Positions 48,097 to 59,800 of a stretch of DNA of 64,000 bases are shown here, piece after piece; the first letter of the stretch is position 1, and the number at the start of each line of letters is the position of its first letter. The stretch comes from Vicugna vicugna (lineage: Eukaryota). The stretch covers positions 508,419 to 572,418 of the forward strand of contig MU058198.1 in assembly GCA_013265495.1 (NCBI GenBank). The letters are read 5' to 3'. The notes under the pieces were generated by a model. That model was given only the letters and a program-made list of their open reading frames with translations, did no database searches and was not told the DNA's origin. Position numbers and translations under genes: made by a program.

Positions 48097-49078
48097 TGTT
48101 AGCAGAGAGAGGGACCCCTAAATTAGGAAGCCCACCAAAGTGTGGGTCCTTGCCGCTGGCCGTGAAAGAATTCAAGCAGCAGAGGCAGAGGGACGAAGTG
48201 AACAGCCACTTTATTGCTCAGAAGGGGAAATGGTAGGAAAGGGCTTGAGCAGAGAGAAGGAAAGAAAGGCTCTTGAGCTGGGAAAGGAAGCGCTCCAGTG
48301 GGGAACTGTCAGCCAAGATGGCCAGTGGAGACATCTCCAGCTCCTGAGCAGGCAGCCTTTTATTAGAAGGCTCTAACATTGTTGTCTTCATTCCGGTAGT
48401 GGTGTTAATTACTTTCTGCTACAGGCTCCTTCCTCCCTCAGAGTTCAGCCCTGACACAAAAAGCAATTAGAAGAAACTAGGAGGGAACAAAGGAAAAGAA
48501 CTGGGGTATGTCCTTGGATTTTAGGGAGCCATCTGTGGGATAAGAGAAATGTCCTGCCTTTTCATCAGCTGGGTACTTCCTTTCCCTTGTTGTTAATTAG
48601 GCAGGGTCAGTAAGCCTGACTAACCACCTTTCTCAACTGCGCCCTGAGAGACTTCATATCCAAGAATCTTTTTGGGAAAATGAACAGTGGTCTCTATCTT
48701 CTGTAGCCTCTTCCTGCTGTACAGGGGCATAGAGAGAGAGGCGAAGTCTCTCTCTATTTTTTCTAAATCTAGGAAATCTGACCCTGGGATAGGTTTCCAT
48801 CCGTGGAGCAGCAGAGTCTTATTTTGATACTGCTGGAGATGATTTGAAATGAAGCAGGAAAGTACTTGAACTAAAAATGGCCCAATAAATAAGCAGGGCT
48901 AACAGGGTAATTAAGACACTGGGCATTTGCCAGCCGAGTTCTTCACCCTGTTTTCTGATGCTTTCTGCCTGCTCTAGTAGATTTCTGGAGGCCTGAGAGA
49001 CTTCAGCTTTTGTATAAAGGAGAGGCAGGGGTTGTGGGGCTGAGTTGGGAGGGTGCTACAGGGTCCTGCTCCCTTTTA
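48097..49078 (-). mobile_element. ERV1-type solo LTR, about 982 bp
   Basis: Begins TGTTAG and ends gggtcctgctccctttta; 4-bp TSD GTGG (48093-48096, 49079-49082); minus-strand AATAAA at about 48359-48364. Confidence 0.65.
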
Positions 49079-49609
49079 GTGGGGCTTCTGTACAACAACA
49101 GCAAGAATTATCTGAATTGTTCCTTACAACGACCCTTGTGATAGGCACTTTTAAAACTCCTATTTTACATATGCGAAAATCGGCACGGGAAAGAGGGTCA
49201 GTAAGAGACAGAGAGTAAGGCCAATCTAGGAAATGGAAAGGGGCTAGCTAGCTACTAAATCATATTTTGGAAAGCTGCTAACATGTTTCAATACAGAACC
49301 TTGGCAAGACATTCTGCGCTTTTCCTGCCAACTTGAACCTGGTACCGTCCTTTCTCCAATATATATTCCCATTAATTTGCAAAAGGGTAGGGATATGTTA
49401 AGTTTGAAGTTGGCATCTAGGATTCAGTAATTTTTTATTTACAAAGAAAAAAGTTTTGGTGACTGTTGTATGTATTCCAACGACTATACAGAAAGAAGCT
49501 TTCTCTATAAAGATAAGTGAAAAACAGCAACTTCAAGGATCACTTCACGGACCTTCAGACCTGAGAAGCTTTCCTGATGCAATAAATAACCATTTGAGAG
49601 CTTGAAGTA

Positions 49610-50350
49610 AAGACTACGCCTCCCAGCGTGCATCGCGTCGTCAGTAAGCACTACGCTCTCCATCGCTGGGCGGGGAGCCTACCCAGGCGCGCAAAGCACC
49701 TCGGGGATTGTAGTTTTCCGGAGGCCCAACCCTTCTAACGGCCCGGGAAGCACCCACCGGAAATGCCGTCCCTGAGAGGAGGTGTCTAGGCGGCGGTGGC
49801 GGCGACGGTTGCCAGGAGCCCGCGTTGCCGCCGGAGACCCGTAATATGGCGGGGAGGAGGAGGAGAAGGCGGCGGCGGAGCGAGCTGCTCTCAGTCAGTA
49901 CCAGTTGAGCCGTTTGCTTCCTGCCAAGGCCCGGAGCGAGGGGAGGAAAGCTCCTGCGGCCGTGGGAGATCAGGTGCTTGCGTGAGAAGGGGCTTGACTC
50001 AGCGGGTCCCGGCTGCGAGGCCGCAGGGCGGGCGGAATTGGCGCGCTGAGGGGCTGAAGGCGGGCTCTGGACGGAACCCGAGTGCAGGTGCCGGGCCTCG
50101 AGACCCTGGAAAGGAGCGGGTGTGCCGAGGCAGGTGCCCGGGGAATCGGTGGCATCGGATGCCGAGGTGATGCTCGGATGCAGGCACCGCCTGGTGGGCC
50201 CTCTGGATGGAGCCTTACCAGAGGAGCTGGGGGAGGTGGGCGTGGGGCGCTGGGGTGAGGGCAGAGGGTCCCCGGTAAATAAACTCGGGTCAGAGCTGAG
50301 GAACCACCTCTTGTTGATAGAACTGTTTAGGCCGCTTTTCTCGCGAGGGA
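49610..50350 (+). promoter_or_regulatory. CCP110 CpG island promoter and non-coding first exon (candidate donor cag|gtgctt after 49973)
   Basis: CpG-dense. It has ZNF143/THAP11-type ACTACnnnTCCC motifs at 49612-49637 and 49690-49715 (minus), ETS CCGGAAAT at 49757-49764 and YY1-like AATATGGCGG at 49843-49852. TSS and donor cannot be fixed from sequence. Confidence 0.78.
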
Positions 50351-53300
50351 AGCGTCCCCAGGGTGTGCACTGGCCATTTCTGAACGCCAGTTACCACCAA
50401 CCAAAGGCCCTAGGAGTGCTGTTTACTTTGCCTTTGCGATTCTCTAGGGGCATAAGCGTGAGGATAAAAAAGCAAGTTCTCTTCATTGCCCCTGATGCTG
50501 CTAGGTGGTTCCCATCCTTTGGTTCTGTCTCGTTATAATCCTAGTTCCCTACCCCAATTTAGGCAAATGGCAGGCCCCTAGCGACTGATTTAATGGGGAG
50601 GGGTCTGACACAGCAAGATGAGGAAGCTGTTGTCCCCTTTACCATGTTTTAAAGTTAAATTTGAATCTTACCAGGAACCAAACACTGACGTTGCCCTCCA
50701 GGAGCTTATAAACGCTTTTTAAATGGTTGAAAAAATCAAAATCACCTCCATCGTCTTCGTAATAAAAGCCGCTCCCATCTATTGATGCTTTCTGCTTGTC
50801 CGGTAGTATAGTGATTGCCATACGTGTGTTAGTTCCTTGAATTCTCACAGAATCTCTTTGAGACAGGTGTGCTGATTATCCCTATTTTACAAATGAGGAA
50901 ACTGAGGCATAGAGATGGTAAGTGAATTGCCAAGAACAGACAGCTAGTATGTGCCTGAATGAGAAACATTTTCCCCCTTTATTGCCTCTACAAGATGTTT
51001 ATGTCTTTGGGAGGACTGATGGGTAAACAGCCAGCTAGGATCTGAAAACAAGGCAAGATGTGTTCTGTGTTACTTTTACCATTCCTTTCAGTGACATTTC
51101 TGATAGAGCTCTGATAAGGAGCAGGTAGCAGAGCCATGAGTCTATGGGGTTTGCAAAGAGGCTCATTTGTAGGAGGGGCATGGTCTACACAGAGAAGACA
51201 GGGCATGCCTGAACTTGATGCAGCCAACAAATTATTAATTCAAGTGGACCAGTAATGCCTGATGGTAAAGTATGGGGCAGTAGATTTGTGGTTGGAGTGG
51301 CCTTGTTGTCAAAGTTCCCTTAAAATAAACCCTGCTGACAGAGGTAATTGTGGCGTGAGAAACGAAGTGCCCTCTTGCTTAATTATATAGGATGCAGATG
51401 CTCGCTTTTTAAATGGTTGCCTTTGCAGTTCAGAGGTACCAGGTTTTTCTGAGAATAGGGTCATCTGTGAAACTACTATTCTTTAAATTCTGTTCTTTGC
51501 TAGCTTCTTTGCTATATGGTCCACTGTCTTCTTTTTTCTGGTTTACATTATTGTTTGAGCTAATTATCCTAATTTATTTATTCAATATTTTTATCCAGTG
51601 CCTATTGTGCGCAGACACTGTCCTATGTAATGGGATTTAGTGGTAAGCAAGACTGAGAAGGTACTTCTGCTTATGGAGCTTACATTTTGGTGGAGGAAGA
51701 CAGACAAAAACCAAGGAAATAAACAAGATAATTTCAGATAGTGGTAAGTGCTATGAAAATTGGGAAACAGCAGGGTAATGTGATAGTAGATGACGCAGGG
51801 TTAATTTAGATGGGATAATCAGGGACGGCCTCTCGGAAGAGGGGACATCCAAGCTGAGACTAAAGATAAGAAGGATCCAGCCATGTTCTAGGGTCACTTG
51901 GTAATTTTCATAATCATCATATTAGACTTGTATTTGGATGTTTAATGCATTGTCATGAGCCATAAGTTGTGCTGTAATAATAATATATTGCTATATGTCT
52001 GCAATATGTCTGACAAACATGTACTGTTTAAGGGATGTGAATCTAACTTTCTGAAGTAATGAGGCATATCTATATGATGATGTTGAAAGACATATAAAAC
52101 TATTGCCATAGAGACATTTTATTTCCTTAAATTTCCCAGACCCTCCATGCTCTGCTTGTGTATCCACTGGAAGTATATTACATTAATTGTATGAGTAATC
52201 TATTTATGTTTCTGGTAACGCTGGATGATGGGTTGTGTTAAAAAATAATTTGAAGTATTTTAGTAGAAATGGGTCATTTGAATTTCTCTAACATTTTAGC
52301 TTCTGCCTATTTTGGTTGTTAAGATACAGTGTGGGTTCAAGTCTAGACTAAAATAATGAGACCATTCAGTAAGGTGTTGTTTTGTTTTTTACTTTTGCTT
52401 GTTTTATGAATATAAATTTGCAAAATAATCTCATTTACACTCTAGAGAGCTGTTTCTTTGAATTTAAACTTACTTTGCATAAATTGAACATAGCAATAAT
52501 TAAAACTGATGGAATGGTAGCAAGACGTTTTGCTATTAATAAGACTACCAGTTGGTCAAAAGTGGCAATATATCTTATTTTTTCATAATCTAATCGTAGT
52601 TTTGAGTATGCTTTTTCTTCATTTCTAATTGCCCTACTGTTTGTCCTTGATACTTTAGCGTACTAAATTTTTAAGTACCTTGAGGCTTAGGACGGTATCA
52701 TATTCTGTCTTATTTCATCTTTGCATATCCTAAGTCATGAATTGAATTTCCCTTCCCTCTCTCTTTTTCTTTGTTAATTGTTTTAAAATGAATACTTAAA
52801 GGAATGTTATTGTGTTAGTTTTTCTGTTTCCACAGTTCATATCCTTGTTGATTATGAGTCTGCTGATACCTCTCTATTTTGCCTTCCTTATTTACAGGAA
52901 ATAATACCAGACATAATGCTATGGAAACAGGCAATCAAATATTTAACGCTTGCTAGATGAATGATTATAGTGGCTAAGCTTTCGTGGTTTCCTTGTGTTT
53001 TCATAGCCACCATGACAATTACCTAGAAATTGTGAAATTACTGAGCTGATGGTTTTTAAGTAGTTTGTGATGGTTCCACTTTTCAACAATAAACTAGAAT
53101 TAATATGAGAGCCAATAGATTCTCTGTTTTCCACCTTTAACTGATTTGTCTAGTTATTACGGAGTCAAGTTATATTCTTAAGATATGCAAGTACTAGACT
53201 TTGAACTCCATGGTACAAAAAGAACTTTTGAAGTGAATATCCTGTTTTATTTAACTAGCTCTTTTTTTGGCTACAAAAGCATTCCTACCTTTGTATTATT

Positions 53301-53704
53301 TAGTTTTTCTTGTGCTGTGTAGATAAGTCCTGCTAAAGAAAAAATAACATTCTGTTTTACAATCTGAAGTTAAGTTAGGTGGTATAAAACTTTGTTTCTT
53401 TTCAGAAGGTTTCACTGCTGAATTTTAGTACTTTTCTAAATTAACCATATTTAAGGATTGATTTACATATAAATCTTCAGAAATATTTAATATATGAAGC
53501 AAGGCTTAACTGGGGAGGGTCTTGAGATGTTTTCTTATACCCAAGATTTAGCTCCTGATCAGTGAAACAATTCTGGGAACACCAGTTCTAGGAATTAAGA
53601 ATTCTAGGAATATTTCAGTGCCCTCCAAATTTGCCAAATAAATTAAGATCTATTTTTGTTTAAAATGGGCTTTTTTTCCTTTCCTGTAGTGTGATTGTGG
53701 GAAG

Positions 53705-53845
53705 ATGGAGGAGTATGAGAAGTTTTGTGAAAAAAGTCTTGCCAGACTCCAAGAAGCATCACTACCCACAGAGAGCTTTCTACCTGTCCAGTCTGAAAGC
53801 ATCTCACTCATTCGCTTCCATGGAGTGGCTGTGCTTTCTCCACTG
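53705..53845 (+). CDS. CCP110: CCP110 first coding exon (exon starts 53690; MEEYEKF...AVLSPL)
   Basis: Acceptor ttcctgtag ends at 53689; strong Kozak; donor ctg|gtaaat; 141 coding nt. Confidence 0.94.
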
Positions 53846-56800
53846 GTAAATATTCTTTGATTTTAAATAATTTTTTTTTTTAGATAGTGAATCACTAAGG
53901 TACTTCACAGTAAAACAAAATGAAGGCTTATAAACATCAAAAAGATCCCTAGCCCTTAGGCATGAATAAAGAAATACAAATGAGTTGGTGTTTTTTACCA
54001 ATTAGATTGGCAAAGATCTGATGGGACCTTGTACTACTAGGTTGTGGGAAAGAGCCACTGAAAATGCACTTTTGCTAAGAGGATCAGCTGATTTTATTTT
54101 TTGATGAGCAATTTGGTAGTGTATCAGAATTTGTAAGTGTATCTAACCTTCGACTCAGCCGTTGCATTTTGGGAAATACCTTCCAAATATACTCATCCAT
54201 GCGCCCAAAGCACTATGTGTAAGGTTATAGTAATATTGTTTAAAAAAGCAAAGGATTTGACAAACAACCTAAATGTCCATCACTAGTGGACTAGTTTAAC
54301 TAACTGTGGTCCATTTTATAGACTTACATACATGCCATTAAAATGAGTATAGTAGACCTTAATGTGTGGGCATGGAAGGATCTTCACAAGTTACCGTAAA
54401 TCTAAGCACACAGCGCGCTCTCAGAGGCATGCAGGGTAGTGGTTAAAAGCCTGACTCTGGATTCTCCTGGCCTGGATTCAAATCATTGCTCTGCCACTTA
54501 CCTGCAGATCCACAGTCTTTATTTGTTAAATGAGGATTAAAAATAGTGCCTATCTCATAGGGTTATTTTGAGGATTAAATGATTTAATACATTTAAAATG
54601 ATAAAAGGATTTAATACATTTAAAATGCTTAGAACACCATCTAGATCATGGGAGGTACTCAGTATATGTTAACTACTTGGGTTTTTAAATAAAGAAATTG
54701 TATTTTCCCTCTGGGGAGGAGTGAGGGAATGTAGGATGAGAGGGCAGACACACTTTTCACTGTATACCCTGTGATGCTGATTGAATATTTTATAAATGTA
54801 TGTGGCTTTATTTTAAGTCAGAAAACTCATATTATTGAAAGAGAGTTTTAAATGTATTTTTTTGTATAACAGGATTTAAAAGATCAATATTTTCTGCCAA
54901 CTTTTTGTAATGAAATTTTCAACCATACAGAAAAGTTGAAAGGATAGTATGTTGACTACCCATGTATCTGCCATTTACATTCAATAATTTTTAACATTTT
55001 TCCCACCTTTGCTTTATTGTGCTTATGAATCTTTGTGTATGTGTGTGTATATATATATATGTATATATATATATACACACACATACATATACACATATAT
55101 ACTTTTAAATTTTATTGCTGAGTTATTTGAAAATTGCAGATACATAATGCTTCTCCCCTAAATATTTTGGTATAATATTCCAAAAATAAAGATATTCTCC
55201 CACATAAATCCAATACCATATAATATCTTAAGAAAATTAATAATAATTTTAATAGCATCTAATATTCTGTCCATATTCTTATTTCTCCATTTATGCTCAA
55301 AATACCTTTTATAGCCTTTTTTTTCCTTAGCTGGATCCAGTCAGAGTTCACAACAGCACTTGCTTGTTATGTTTTTTTAATCACTTTGATCTAGAACAGT
55401 TTCTCTACCTCTTTAAAAAATTGGTTTTTTTTTTCGATAGTGAAGTTTTAAAGAGATCTCATAAAATGTCTTACATTTTGGATTTGTCTAATTGTTTCCT
55501 CACGGTGATAGTTAACTTGCCCTCTAGTCCCTCTAAACTGGAAATTAGTCTACCAGTTTGGTTAGAGTTGGGTTAAACATTTTTAGCAAGAATTCCTTGG
55601 AGATGATGCTATATACTTCATATTAAATTAAATCAGAAATTACATAATGTGTAGTTGTTCCTCTATTAGTGACGTTTATTTTGAACACTTGCTTTTACAG
55701 TGATGACTTGCTAGATGACTCTTTAAAGGTATACATTTTCTTTTTTCTTTTTGATTAGCAAGTAAACTGTGGAATGATTCTTGGTACCATGCAAATAAGA
55801 AAAAATTTTGAAACGTTTTTATTGGCTACTTGATGACATATTGCTTGATTAGTTTATTACGTATTTGCCAAAATATCTAAGCCTTGTTTAGGGTCTATGA
55901 CTTTTCAGTTACTTATTTATAAGCAAAATCTAATGTTTATGGACCTTAGTTCATGTTTTTATGTTGTACTTGATAGTTGAATATTGCAACTTTGAAACAA
56001 TTTTTTATGAAATGTTTTCCACTTGCTTAAGTCTAAAATAAGTCTTGACTCCTTAACATAGTGACTAAACTTCCCAGGACTTAATAATGAAGATTTAAAT
56101 CCACTATAAAAAGATATGATGCTTAGAATTAGAAGCTTTCAGTTTTTTAGGTACATTATATTTTTATTGGAGATTATAATGACATGGAACCAAATATGTG
56201 TTCTGGTTTTGTAGGCAAATAAAACATTATCTGTTTCTTTTATCATTAAACCTTGGAACATTTTCTTGAGGTAGCAAAGAGGTAAAATGTATACTAACCA
56301 GAGGATTAGAAATTGAAGAATCTGACCCAGTGAAGTAGATATCACCAAATGAAAAGCTCAGCAGTTGCCAAAGGGTTAATTTTCTTTCATTTCAGAGCAT
56401 TTGATAAATGAACAGTTTTTTCCTTTCTTTTAATTTTTTTTAAATTGAAAGTAATTTACTCACAGTGAAATGTACAGATTTTAAGTGTTCAAGTTCCATG
56501 AGTTCCGATACATGGCATCCATTTATAACTCACACCCGCACAGAACGTTTTCATCACCATAGAAAGACCTCACCTATGCCCTCCCAATCATCCCCCCCAA
56601 CCACTGCTCAGATCCCTTTTACTGGAGATGGTTTTACCTGTTGCACATGTTTTTAATCACTCTGGTTCAAAACTTCCTGACTTTATGATATTTTTATATT
56701 TATGAGAAGTAATTACATATTTATGTTTTTCAGCTTAATAGTGAGAAAAGGAAGGAAATGCAACAAGAAAAGCAGAAAGCGCTTGATGTAGAAGCAAGAA

Positions 56801-59800
56801 AGCAGGTCAATAGGAAGAAAGCTTTACTGACTCGTGTCCAGGAGATTCTTGAAAATGTTCAGGTGTGTAATTTAAGCTCTTGAAATTATAATTAAGAATT
56901 CATGGAGTAAGCATCAGTGATAATTCTTCAGAAATAAATTTGTCTTACTGGTTAATTACTAATATACTGTTATGTTTGAGAAGCTTTGTAATTTGTGATA
57001 TTCCATTTCAGTTACTCCAAAGAAAATTCACTAGCTTGTTAGTGATGCCCAGTACTTGAATCGGAGGGTACTTAGACAATGGACCCATACACTGAATATA
57101 GTCGCTTATTGTCTGTGTCTTATGACTCTAAAAACATTGAATTCTCAGTGACAAAATGATAGAATTGGCTATTGTAGTTTACCTCTGAACTAATCAGACT
57201 ATTGACTCAATGACCTTATTCTCATTCTCCGCTAAAGTAAATAACTGCCCCCAATTTTTTTAGGTGAAAATGCTGCTCTTAGACACAAAAATGCAATTTA
57301 GGTTACATAACTAGAACTGCCTAGATGCATCTTAGATACAAATTGAAACTATTTAAATAACACATCTATACCTTTTGCAGTTATTTTTATTTAACTTAAT
57401 TTAAATTTGTATAAGCAATTTGTTTTAAGGTCTGAATCATTTTATACTAAAAAGGAAAACAATGAATTAGATAAAACAGTTTCTGTCATATATAGCACTG
57501 TTTTGCTGGTTATATCTTTTAATTTTTTAAAATAATCTTAGGGGTTTGTGGTTTGTGTAATTCATACTAAATAATTTATGTACAATGAACCTCAGGATAT
57601 TTTCCACTAACTGCTACCTTCATTTCTCTGTAGGTAGTAGATTTTAATTTGTAAAGTATAATTGCTGCTCATATTGAGTTTAAAAAATATAATGAGTAGC
57701 ACAGTAACAGTGTTTTTTTTTTTAATTTACTAGATATTTCCTATTTTTGTAACAAAAGTGGCATATCATTCTTGGTCCATTGAGGGATGTATCAGATAAA
57801 CCACTAATAAGATTATTGTTGAGTCTGAAAACTTTCTTTGCTTAATAGAAGATGTGTAATGTTGAACTGTGAAGTAATGAGCTAATTATGCAGATAGAGA
57901 AATTTTATATAATACAAATATATTTCTAAGGTCTGTTTTGCCTGTAAAACCTGTGATTCTGTGATAGATTTTTTGGTTGTTATTTAAATCGTCTAACCAA
58001 AGGCTCATTCTAGTGATGTGCAAAAAGTGTAGATGCTGAATATCACAAATGCAAAACGTTTAGCTATTTTGAGGAAATGATTTATTTTACTTAAACCCAT
58101 GAGCATGTGTCTTGAATATGTATCCTTTTTGTTGTATTTTGATCCTGAGCTTGTGACTAAGTCGACCTTGTTGTACTGTTTATTGCATAGTACCTGGAAA
58201 CCATGGCATGTCTTGGGATTTGTAAGGTAAAACAGCAGTGCCGTATCGTCTAGGAAAAAAAAAACCATATAAAACAACCTAAAAATCTTTTAAAATTCAG
58301 GATTATGGAGTCTGTATTCATCTGATAATATGATAGTGGTTTTTCCCAGTTTCGTATATGCTTGTATAATCTTTAGAAACCATCCTAGTTCATTTTTTAT
58401 TCTTCAGCATTATTTAGATATAAAATGTAATTTTATTTTTTTCTGTTGGATCTCTTGTGTATACAGTTGTTCTCATCTTCATCAAATTTTTAACTTATTT
58501 TGCTTGTTCAAAACTCATTACTGGGTTGCTGTTTTAAATGATCATCAGTTAATGAAATTGAAATTTGGTTTAATGAATTGGGTTTTAAGTTGAAGTTTTT
58601 GGTTTTTTTTGTTTGTTTGTTTTTTGCTTTGCTGTGCTGAGCTATTATTTACTACAAATTTGTCTCATCATATAGAAGGATTTTAGTTAAAATTTGAAGT
58701 GAGCATATGGGAGGCAGAATCTTAGTACTGAATTATTTTTGCTTAATCAATATCCTGGCAAATTAGTCCTTGTTTAAAGAAGAATCCTTAATGTAAGAAA
58801 TTTAATTATTTGCTATTTATCTTATACATTGTTATCCTTAGATGATAGTTCTCATAGGAGGAGCAATTGGTGATGTTAAAAACATAACTAGAAGAAAGTG
58901 AAGGAAAATGTTTCTATTCCAAGACTAAATTGCAATGGATATATGAATATATGTGTATATATGTACATATGCATGGATGTACGTTCATATTTGCATCATG
59001 ATAGATAATTTATTTTTTTCCTTTGAATATTTTAATAGAGAGGCTGGGATGACCAGTAGATGCTTTTTGTAGTAGTTTGAGCTCCAAGTGACACAGACTA
59101 TCATAAAAAAGGTCACCTTAGTTTTTGTTTGTGTTTTCAAATATTAGAACTTTGGATCTTTAATTTCACTTTTACTTCAGAAAACAATGAAATCAAAGGC
59201 TTTTTGTGTACTGATGATGTATTAATTTTTAAATTTCCTTTTTCAGGTTAGGAAAGCACCTAATGCCAGTGATTTTGATCAGTGGGAGACTGAAACCATT
59301 TACTCTAATTCAGAAGTTAGAAACTTGAATGTTCCTGCTACATTTCCAAATATCTTGCCAACCCCTACTGAACACTCTGCTTTAGGAAGGTTTGAAAAGG
59401 AAACTGGAATTTTACCGTCGAATAATGAGGACCAATTTAAATCTAATGGGATAGACTTAGCTAGGGACTCAGAAGAATTTAATTCTCTGAAGCAATGTGA
59501 TAATTCAAATACTAGCCATGCAGAAAATGAAGCTTCTGTGAAGACCTCCTCAACTGCTGCACAAGAGACACTTATTTCTGCTGGCCTCTTTCCAACAAAT
59601 GAAGAACAGGATCCATCACTTTTGGAAGAAGTTACTCCAGATCCCTACGTAATGAGTCTTCAGAACCTGATGAAAAAGTCAAAGGAATACATAGAAAGAG
59701 AGCAATCTAGGCGCAGTCTGAGAAGTAGCACAAAGAGGAGTGTTAATGAGAGTCAATCAGACAGAGAGAATGATGCTGTTAAAGTGGCTGACTGTGTAAA

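Noticed and set aside
52898..52930. Possible extra non-coding CCP110 exon after the good acceptor ccttatttacag
   Set aside because: No convincing donor (gcaatc follows); cannot be supported without RNA data
54581..54627. 20-bp direct repeat gatttaatacatttaaaatg
   Set aside because: Small slippage duplication inside a MIR-like element; no functional cue
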